From Vicugna vicugna (lineage: Eukaryota), in the NCBI GenBank assembly GCA_013265495.1, contig MU062166.1:4612782-4676781 (forward strand): a stretch of 64,000 nucleotides of DNA, given 5' to 3'. The position numbers and the translations under genes are program-made. This document shows, in pieces, positions 54,406 to 64,000 of the stretch (the first letter of the stretch is position 1; each line of letters begins with the position of its first letter). The notes beneath the pieces were generated by a model. It saw only the letters and a list, made by a program, of their open reading frames with translations, made no database searches and was not told where the DNA came from.

Positions 54406-54535
54406 CAGTAGTTCTTACACTTACTGTGCATCAGAATCACCCCCAGAGTTTTTCTAATTCAGAATGAGAATTGTCATTTCTAGTAAGTTCTTAGGTAATG
54501 CTGATGCTAGTGGCCCAGGCCCCAAGCTTTCTCAC
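54406..54535. mobile_element. MER5A-like hAT-Charlie element with internal deletions
   Basis: cagtagttcttacact...gtgcatcagaatcacc|cccagagttt...catttctagtaagttcttaggtaatgctgatgctagtggccc. Confidence 0.7.
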
Positions 54536-54844
54536 CAAAGAGTGAAAAGTATATAAGCCAAAATATTTCTTTTTGCCCAAGCTGCTAGGAGACTCAGGGA
54601 CAAATCCAATGCCCCATTTCTGCAAACCATTATCCCAGGTACCAGCCAACATCAATTTTAATAACTATTTGTCTTATTATTTAGGTCTTGTTTGAATTTA
54701 TTAAACTGACAAAAGTCCTTTGAGAAAATGTGGAATATAGCATTAAGCAAAGAATGCCAGTGGCCAACATAAAGCACTCTGGAAACATTCCAGCCATGTT
54801 ATTGGAAAATAAAATTCATTTGATCTTCTTTATCGAACACTCAC

Positions 54845-55035
54845 GAGTACTTTTCTGAGCACTGTACAAATACGAGCTCATCGTCATAACAACCCCGTGA
54901 AATACTGTTATTATTCCCATTTTACAGTTGAAGAAACTGAGGCCCAGAAGTTAAATTACTTGCCCAAGGTGGCCCACCTCAGAAGTGGTAGAGCAGGATG
55001 TGAACCCATGCTGCCCAGGTCCAAGAGGCCACATT
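54845..55035 (-). mobile_element. MIR SINE
   Basis: tgttattattcccattttacagttgaagaaactgaggcccaga...ttacttgcccaaggt...agtggtagagcaggatgtgaaccca. Confidence 0.8.
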
Positions 55036-55181
55036 CTCACTCACCAAGTAAAGACCTCCTAGGGTCGGTGCTCAGTGTTAACTGCCCTTAGATACACAAA
55101 CAGCATTTGTTGTTCCCCTTTTCTATCTGCAAAGTAAGGCACACTTCCCTTATTTCTGCTCAGGATGCAATAATGTTTTAC

Positions 55182-55408
55182 CAGGCCATCATTTCTCAAC
55201 CTCAGCGCTATCGACATTTTGGACCAGATTATTCTTTGTTGTGAGGCCGTTCTGCACATTGTAACGACGTGTATGAGCAGCATCCCTGGCCTCTTCATAG
55301 TAGATGCCACTAGCATCCTCCTCTCCCCGAGCTGACACAACCAAACATCGCCCAGTGTGTCCCCGGGGAGGGAGAAGGAGGAGAATCAGCCCCAGTGGAG
55401 AACCTCTG
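55182..55408 (-). mobile_element. MER20 hAT-Charlie DNA transposon
   Basis: tttctcaacctcagcgctatcgacattttggaccagattattctttgttgt...gcagcatccctggcctc...tagatgccactagc is the reverse of the MER20 consensus. Confidence 0.85.
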
Positions 55409-55762
55409 GGTCAAGCCAGGCATCCTCAGTGGTTATGAAGACGACCGGGATGTTACATGGCTCTACTGGCTTTACGTCTCCGAACAGTGAGAAACCAGAG
55501 GGAAGAGGAAGACCAACGAAAGAAAATTCATAACTGCATTCAAAAGAAAGAGGCTACTGACACAATAAGAAAGGACAAACAGGAGAGAAGGGTGCACAGA
55601 ACACTGGTTTATTCTCAGATTTGAAAGTCAAGAGCGTAGACAGAGCGGAGAACGGTGAGGACCGCAGGCAAGAGCATCCCGAAGAGTGGACAGGAAGACA
55701 GCTGGGAGTCAGGACTGCCCACCAAGCTCTCCTCTCTCGGGGACCTCCGGAGACAGCAATTA

Positions 55763-55912
<150 letters not shown>

Positions 55913-56705
55913 TCAATCCCTCTGGATAGGGAACTCGACGACCCAGGAACCCAGGCGCAAAGTCTGAGACCGTGTTTAGTTAAGATGGTTTTAATGGCTT
56001 AAATTTTCTTTCCATGATGACAGTTGGTCTCTATTACAATTCTCAATGTTTTCTGCTTTCACATTATTTAAACATGCTATAAAATTGGATATACTGAAAA
56101 TGGATGTTAAGCTTCAAACAGTATTCAAGTCTCCAGCAAATTTACTGATTGTGTAATAGCCGAAGATTCTTTCCAACACAATCTTTCAGCACTCAGGGTC
56201 TCCTTCAAGAAAGGAATTAGTCCCTAGGAAAACTGAGGTCCTGTGTGGCCTTCTGGCTGTTTGCTAATATTCTGAAAGGAGAGCTTTAAACTTGGTCACA
56301 AAAGGGGGGCCAGTGCAGCACCCCCGTCAATGCATGGAAAAGTCAAGGTGACAAACTCCAATTTTCATAAAAGAAATTGGAAATCTTCAGCATCCAAATT
56401 TCCATCCTATATTCTACATGCCAAGGATGCCGGTGGGGGTGGGGGTGTTTACTTAAATAAAAGTGCACTGTCTTAAGAGAAAAATGTTATCTGCACATGA
56501 GAAACCCTGTCATTTTCAATGACCAGCCTCTCTCTTGATATACCAGGTCCTGCAGAAGAACTTCAAACACAGATGGATCACAAACTATGAAGCTCTGCAC
56601 CTGGCATGCAATTAGCAGATCCCACTATAACTTCACTTGTCCGGTAACACTTTACCCAGAAGACGGCTACAGAGAAGAGAGCAGAGGGCTCGCTGGACGA
56701 CTCAC

Positions 56706-56972
56706 CTGTGACATTGACCATGAAGTAGACAGTCTCACTGTNNNNNNNNNNNNNNNNNNNNNNNNNNNNNNNNNNNNNNNNNNNNNNNNNNNNNNNNNNN
56801 NNNNNNNNNNNNNNNNNNNNNNNNNNNNNNNNNNNNNNNNNNNNNNNNNNNNNNNNNNNNNNNNNNNNNNNNNNNNNNNNNNNNNNNNNCAACAGGCAGC
56901 GCAACTCTAGCGACTCCCGGGGTGCAGCCACGTNNNNNNNNNNNNNNNNNNNNNNNNNNNNNNNNNNNNNNN
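56706..56972 (-). CDS. FGFR2: FGFR2 IgI exon (human exon 3), partly under Ns: ...VAAPRESLELRCLL...SETVYFMVNVT
   Basis: Two visible in-frame segments (56890-56933 and 56706-56741) and donor CAG|gtgagt. The acceptor is hidden; the start is inferred from a 267-nt length. Confidence 0.92.
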
Positions 56973-57394
56973 NNNNNNNNNNNNNNNNNNNNNNNNNNNN
57001 NNNNNNNNNNNNNNNNNNNNNNNNNNNNNNNNNNNNNNNNNNNNNNNNNNNNNNNNNNNNNNNNNCAGAAGAGATGGTTCACATTTTGCAAACGGCCCCA
57101 GAGGGTATCTGCCTCTCCCCGCACCCCAGGAAGCTGCCCTCACCAAAGAGCAGAGGAGCATCTGAAACCAACCAGAGGAAGCACCCAGCCAAAGCTGCCC
57201 CACTCGGTTTCCACAAACTGGAGGGCGTTAAACACAAACTCAAAAGCCGGCACGGAAGGATACTGGATATCGTACAAGAAAACTTTGAAGTCACTTGCCA
57301 GTCCAAATCCTGCTTGCATCGTAACACCCAGGGAAGTCCATCACTGCAGCATCTTTCACTTGTAAGGATGCGTGTCTTACAAATGGTTTCATTC

Positions 57395-57417
57395 CACACA
57401 CACACACACACACACAC
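57395..57417 (+). repeat. (CA)11 microsatellite
   Basis: Directly visible. Confidence 0.95.
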
Positions 57418-58694
57418 CTTTATTTATTTTTGCTAGACTCTGCCTGTGGTCATACACCCGAGTTTCTTAAAAAGAAATCCTCAAATTCCCAGGCTCAGAT
57501 GAAAACCTTGCTGGTCTAGAAATTTAACTCTGTACTGGGTAAGCTGAAACATACCATTTTTCTTAAAATGATGAAAGCCTGGAGGCCTTAACGTCAAAAC
57601 CAAAAAGGGGGAAATGCCCCAGGCAGCCAAGAGGCGGTCCCCATTGCACTTAAACGGATCATGAAACAAAGCTGGTGATGGCCGCAGGCCTAATATGCCA
57701 TTTTAAAAGCTAGACCCCTCCCTGCCACCAGCCTCCACCACACACCCTAGTCCCAGCCTCCTCAGGCCTCTGCCTTTGTCTCCTAATTTAGGGCTGCCCC
57801 TTTTTCCTTCACCTCCATGCCAAACCCAACCCATCCTTCAAGGGCCAAATCACGCAGTGCCCTCTTGGTTGAGAGCCTGCCACCAGCCACCCTGGCCCGG
57901 AGTGAAGCGGATGTCCCCTCTCGTACATTTGCCCACTTCACGCACTCCTGGGGAGGGACCACATTCCTGATGAACATGTCCTGTCCCCCAAGGAGACGCC
58001 AAGATCCTAGAAGGAGGGCTCAGGTCTCCTGGCTCCTAGTGCGCCCTTCCCCCACCCCAGGCACACACCTGGAAGGTGGCCCGTGTGGAACAGGATCACA
58101 GTCCCCAAACACGCAGGGCAAAAGGGGACCCAGAAGGACCCAGCCTCTGCAAACAGAGTGAGAGGGAACCATGGGCCTTCGAAGAGAATAGTCAGAGCTG
58201 CTGGCTGGGACCCACCAGGGTCCATGAATCGGCTTTCATCCTTCACAGTGAGAACTGTGAATGGTACCCGGAGTCCCAGGCCCGGAAAACACAAAGCTTC
58301 CCAGCTCCGGACAGCTCCAAATCTGGGCAGCGTCACAAGGCGATTGTTTTGTCCTTTTGAGAGTAGTCTGGACAAATCTCCCACAGAAGACTGAAATAAA
58401 GTTCCTTCGTGTTTCAGTCCCAGCACTGAAGGACCAGCGAGGGCTGCCAAGCATCTGGCTCCAGAACTCCCCCTCCCCCTCCCCGCCACCACCAGCCCAT
58501 TCCCCAAAGGGGCAGCCCCCACAAGGCATCCACGCCAAGAAGGGCCCAGACACCCAACAGGATGGCAACACAAAGAGATAACCACAACACAGGGAAGAAA
58601 ACAGAATACAAATTTAAATATGGAAAAACACACCCCGAAACAAGGGCAGAGAGCCCCAACTGACAGGCGGGTTACTCTTCAAAAGTTTGTTTTT

Positions 58695-58830
58695 CTCATT
58701 CAACAATTATTTACCGAACACCTACTGTGGGCCACGCTTTATTCTGGATGCCCAGGAAGCAGCAGGAAAATAAAATATTCCCTGCACTTGTGGGATGTTA
58801 ATTACAGACAACAAATATGAAATCTACAAA
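58695..58830 (-). mobile_element. L2 LINE 3' end
   Basis: cattcaacaattatttaccgaacacctactgtgggcc is the reverse of the L2 tail. Confidence 0.7.
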
Positions 58831-58897
58831 ACTCTACAGTGTGTGGGGTGGTCCTAAGTGTCAGGAAGAAGAACACAGCAGGTTAGCGGCAATCCGG

Positions 58898-59123
58898 AGA
58901 TGGAGGCTCAAACTCCGGCCCCCAGGCCAAACCCAGCCAGCGCCTGTTTTTGTAAACAAAGTTTTATAGGCTTGCAGCCAAGCTTGCTCGCTCACTTACA
59001 CATTGTCTGGGGCTGCTGTGGTGTGACAATGGCGGAGCTGAGTGGTTGAACCAGAGACCTGATGGCCTGCAAAGCCTAAAATATTTACAGTCTTGCCCGT
59101 TACAGGAAGTCTGCCAAGCCCTG
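58898..59123 (+). mobile_element. MER58A hAT-Charlie MITE
   Basis: caaactccggcccccaggccaaa...cctgtttttgtaaacaaagttttat...ggcctgcaaagcctaaaatatttac...tctgccaagccctg. Confidence 0.85.
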
Positions 59124-59195
59124 TTGCATAGAATGTCAGAGAAGCCTTCTCTAGAAAGAAGTGAAGGGCAAAGTGATGTTTACAAAATGCTTTTG

Positions 59196-59349
59196 GCTAC
59201 CATATTCGATATCTTGTAGTAGCTTACAGTGGAAGAAATATGAAAACGAATACATGTATATTCACATATGACTGAAGCATTGAGCTGTACACCAGAAATT
59301 GATACAACACTGTAAACTGACTACACTTCAACTTTAAAAAAAAAAAAAG
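59196..59349 (+). mobile_element. Short 5'-truncated L1 3' end (camelid-type) with poly(A)
   Basis: atatgactgaagcattgagctgtacaccagaaattgatacaacactgtaaactgactacacttcaa followed by an A-run; same family as 18455-18720. Confidence 0.8.
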
Positions 59350-62300
59350 ATGCTGCTGGGGACCTGGCTGGACAGTCCTCAGAGGAGGCCTCTCAAGGCT
59401 GTTTAAGTCATAACAGCACTGAACTCAGTGACTAATAGAGGTATTTTGAACTCTGAATCCTGAGCAGAAAAGGGAGGGGAAGAGAAATGCGGGGAAAGGG
59501 GGAAGAGAAAGGAATCAGTTTGGCCCCAAATCTCAGACCATCTCCCACTCCAGTATCCCAGAGTCAGCGTCATACAACATCAGAACCAACAGGCTCCCAA
59601 AGGCCGCCTGGCCTAACCCAACCCCGTTTACAGCTGTTCAAAGCGAGGCTCAGATACCGTTTGGGGCCCCGGGTCTTCAACAGCTGATCGCTGAAACAGC
59701 ACCCACAATGTTAGAATGTATTTACGCTGGCTTAGCCTGGGTCATAAAATAATCGATATTTATCGCGACCACATTGCATGGTCAGCAGGTCACCAAGAAT
59801 GTTGCAGCACTTGCGTCCCCTTAGCTGGAACTGGTTATCCAGAGATTACTGAGCAGGGAAGCAGCTGGACAGAAGCAGCAACACTTCCTTTAAGTGAGAG
59901 CCTGGGACCCATGCAGCCAACCTGCTCTGTCCTGGCCCTCCAACAAGGGGAAGCCATGTCCCTTTCTTGTGGAGGCAGTGGAAGGCCCTAAGACTGCTGG
60001 ATGGGGACAGAACAAGACACTTGCAAATGTGAAGCAGAAAAAAATCTCTCCAGATAAAGGTGGCATTACGATTTCTCCATTTTTAAAGGAAAGCATTTTC
60101 AACTCAGAATCCTTCATCTGAAATAGGTAAACCACAAAGTCTTGCCAAAACCAGGGGTATCTGAGATGCTGGACCAACATCACCAGAAGGACACCTGCCA
60201 CCTGCTGCTGTAGCAAGAGGTAACACGGCACAGCAAGGACCACGTCCTGTTCAGGCTGGACATGCAGGAGATGCTGGTTGCCTGGGCACTGCCTGCATGA
60301 GGTGAGGGTGAAGTCCTGAGTTCCAGTTCCACTCTGCTCTTGCCTAACCCTCTTGGCTTCAGCTTTCTTACTGAATGACAAGAAAGAATGTCTCCAAACA
60401 GGGTATTATTTTGAGGATCCAACAAGCCAACTATTATGAACCAAATTCCAACTGTAACTTGCTGGGCCCAAGACTGTTATTCTTCAAGGCTGAAGACACT
60501 ACCACGATCTTGAGCACCACTCTCTTCAGAGGACAATCAGAGTCTACTCAGAGTTGTATCTCCATAGATAACAAAACAATTTTACTAATGATGGGCTCCC
60601 AGCTCAAAGGATGGGTAAGAGGACTTGAGGTCCTAAGAGTGGTTTTTATTTCCAGTAAAACCAGGTCAAAACCATCACCCAGTTTCCCAATTAGATGATA
60701 AGCCTCACAGATAGTAAAATAACTCCCCCAATACATCAACAAGATAATGATGTTCACCCACACAATTAAGCCATCTACCTAAGCCACTCGAAGTCTGAAA
60801 CCAGTGACTGCCGTGGGAAATTCAGACAGCGCGTGTGCCTCCCTCCCCCAGCTGATTACTTCACAACAGGCTCAGCTGGGGGACTGAGGCATCTTTGGGG
60901 AAACCCAGCAGAACCCAGCAATCTCTACACATAAGCTAGAGGGACTTCAAGTGCATCTTAGGGAGAATGGGTGAATGAATAGAAAGAGGGGGAAAGGGAG
61001 AAGAGGTTGGGGAGAAAAAGAAGAGAAGGAAGAAAGAGGGTCAGGGAGGGCAAGTGGGGCACGTGGTGGGGAGGGGCTGAATGACACACCCATCCTCCCC
61101 AGGCCACCCAGTGGCTCCCGCGGCCCCATGTGTGGGTTCCTACACCACAGGCATCCTAGGCCAAGACGAAAAGAACACAGACACTTAGCCTGGGACCCAA
61201 ACCACTTGCTCAGTGGAAGCAGCTCTGTCCCTGCCCCTCCTGTGCGGCCACTGGGGCCTGGTTCTCTTCTGCGCTGCCGTTCTCCGGGTGACCCCCTGCC
61301 TACGTGTTCTCCAGTGCTCTGTATCCACCTCCATAGTGGGACTGACCTCACCTTGTTCCGTGGGGACAACACGCCAGTTCCCTCTGACATCAGTGACGCT
61401 GTCTCTGTGGTCCCCTAACTGTCCCTCTAACTTTGACTTGATTGCCTTCCAGTGTCACAGGCCAGTGCCTCCCCTTGGCTCCACCAAGTCGCATGGCCCG
61501 CTCAGTAAAATATGACAGTTGACATGGGGCAAAGTACTCCTTGGGAGGTTTAAACAATACCTAGCAACATTAATGTTTCCTGCACTTATTTTTTTCTGGT
61601 CTGTGGCAGACTTTTAACCTTTCTCACACAGAGGAGGGGAGAAATCCATGCTGAGCACACAGCCCAACACTTTCCTCATCAGTTCTCACCAAAACACAGC
61701 GGGAGGAAGTTTCCAGAAGCTGCTTTGTTACACACCACGTGCTCCTTCAGAGACATCTACAGACAGAATACATTTCCTTGTATCTTTCATAATGCAAATT
61801 ACAACCCACAAAGGAGCGAGAAGGCTGGAGCGCACACACCAGTGCTGGACGCTCTGTCACTGTACCTCAAAGTGCTAAACAAACAAGGCGTGGGTTTGCT
61901 TTCCAGGAGGACGAAAAGGCACTTGTTTCTATGCACTGAGGCCGCGCACCGGCGGGGAGAGCTTGGCTGTGCCGTTCTTTCACTGCATCAATTTGAACTT
62001 TCTCCCCACAGGTTTCAAACACCCGAATAGCGCCAGCAGCATTTTGTCACACAGCTTCTTTCCAATACATGGACTAATTTGACATTAAAAAATGAGAGAT
62101 GGGCACCCTTACAGCTCATCAAAAAGTGAAGGGTTTGAGTAACAGCCACCACTGCGTACAGCGTGTGTGTGATTCCTGTCCTAAGCTGCGTCTCCTTCCC
62201 GCCCCTAAGAAACTCCTGAGCCGTGATCCCTGGGGAGCTACTGGAATTTAGAGCTGAGGGGCCTTGACTAGGGAAAGGAAGAAAGTGAGGCAGGGGTTGC

Positions 62301-64000
62301 CTGACTCCTCGAGTTCCTAGTACCGCAGCAGATCATGACCTCTCGGGGTGATAACATGCTGATGTAACCAGCTTCACCTCCCAGGAAATCAACGCAGGGA
62401 GCAGCAGACCTTGCTGGAGGTGAACAGAGCCTTAGGAGGGGGAAGTCTTGTAAAAGTCAACAAAGGCTGTGGTTTCTGTGACTTCACTGTGCACGTCCAA
62501 GCCGAATTCCTCCCCAGTGTCATCAGGAGGCTGTCCTGAGACAATTGAAGCAGCGAGAGGGAGTCTGGAACAGGGAGCTATTTCAGGTAACACTTTATGC
62601 TGCCAAACCAGCCACAGCAGCACTTCAGACTGTCACTTTTTATAATGTTTGCCTATAAACTTCTCCCGTGTGGTTTTTGAAATGGCGCCCAAATGCAAAC
62701 AGAGAACAGATGGGAAACCCGCGTCTTGCCCTGTCCAATCGTTTCAGGGAGAACGGATGACAGATTTAAACTGTTAAGGAAGAAAAAAGCAGGGTATGCC
62801 ACGGGGATAACGAATGACGTCATGTTTCACAAATTCAGCCTTTTCTGGGGTTTCCTCAGGATCAGTGTCCTTTCAAAGGTCAAGTTTATCGCCGCTAAGA
62901 AATGGAAACCCCAGCTCCAAGGACGCAGGAGAGAGGTCACCCCTGGAATGCACCCCCCACCTAGGTTTCTCTATCTCAGAACGTCAGGGGCGTCCAAGCC
63001 CTAAACACGTTCCTCCAGAAAGGAGAAGAAAGAGAGAAAGAAATCCCCGAACAGCTCCCTCTGCGAGAGGAGGAGAGGGGAGGAGGAGAGGGAGAAAACC
63101 GGCAGGTACGCGCAGACGCAGTGGAGGCTCGTCCTGTTACGACGGCGTGGGCGGCAGGGACTCCCACGGGAACTCTAACGCCAGCATTTGGCGCGAGCAT
63201 AGTAAAACAGCCTTGGTCTCCCGGTGCCCTCCAGACATCCTGCCACCTTGCACAAGAGGAATAAATATCATTGCTGTGGGGCTGCCACTGTCTTGACAAA
63301 AGAAACACACAGAATGAAGCTGCAAATGTCACCGTAATGTCACAGTACATGGGGCACGTAGCAAGTAAGTGTCTGTTCCAGTTAGCCTCGACTCACCCTC
63401 CTGGTCTTTAAGACGGCCCGTAGTGGCCACTACCCCATTTTAACTGGCCAATACCCCATTTTCTGTCCACAGGAACGGAATGCAGACTCCTCCGATAAAC
63501 AGCACTACCAAGTCCTTTTCACCAGTTAGAATCGAGGGAGTCTGGACCGACAGACACCTGGTGTTACTTTTCAGTAACCCATGGGGCGTAGGGGCTTTGG
63601 AGGAGTGAAGCCCCCACTTTTCTACAGCACAGTTTCTGTCTAGGTGGCATCAAAACTTACCAGTAGAAAGATATAAAGCTACTGGGGTCCCCACCATCAA
63701 GTCAGAAATGACCACCCTTGTGTGTCCTAGCACAGGGGCTCTGAAGACACCCAGACAGCAGGGGCCGAGCTGGCTGCTTCAGCTCAGACAGCCTCAGAGC
63801 TTCCCTTTTACAAGAACAGGCTTGCAGAAGACAAAATCCGGACATCAAACAGAAGCCTTATAAGGCATGGGTACTACTTGTTCTTTCGGGGTGGGGGGGA
63901 GACAAATACTCTGCACAATATAAAGATGAAAGTTCTCCACCTCAAGAAATACTGCCAACATAAAAATGGGGGCCTAAAAGAAGTCAAAGCAATGAAACAC

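Noticed and set aside
60975-61055. Polypurine tract (possible triplex DNA)
   Set aside because: It is ordinary low-complexity GA-rich sequence without a clear mirror repeat.
57066-64000. Orthologue of the human FGFR2 intron-2 breast-cancer risk enhancer, or the signal-peptide exon
   Set aside because: Only about 7 kb of this intron is in the window, and no MVSWGRF-type exon is present. From recall, the risk SNP cluster lies further toward exon 2 and cannot be placed without alignment.

Overview
Mammalian genomic DNA containing the central part of FGFR2 on the minus strand. Eleven coding exons are present, from the IgI exon (human exon 3, 56706-56972) through the acid box, IgII, IIIa, the mutually exclusive IIIb/IIIc pair, the TM exon and the juxtamembrane exon to the first two kinase exons (human exons 12 and 13; the latter ends exactly at base 1). 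The signal-peptide exon and the rest of the kinase lie outside the window. All other ORFs in the track look spurious. Repeats are old mammalian elements (MIR, L2, CR1/L3, L1M, MLT1, MER5/20/58) plus a tRNA-derived SINE and L1 3' ends that look camelid; the species is an inference. I found no new gene system. The richest region is the IIIb/IIIc splicing switch (about 14.1-19.6 kb). It shows the long-range IAS2:ISAR RNA duplex, the GU-rich ISE/ISS-3, a non-canonical branch point and a GA 5' splice site. It also shows an intact IIIc intron read-through frame with a candidate intronic poly(A) signal, and two GC hairpins I do not recognise from the literature. The S252 codon differs from human in a way that changes which gain-of-function mutations are one step away. 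Eight 132-164 nt N-runs fall non-randomly on exons. Exon numbering and all human comparisons are from recall, not alignment.
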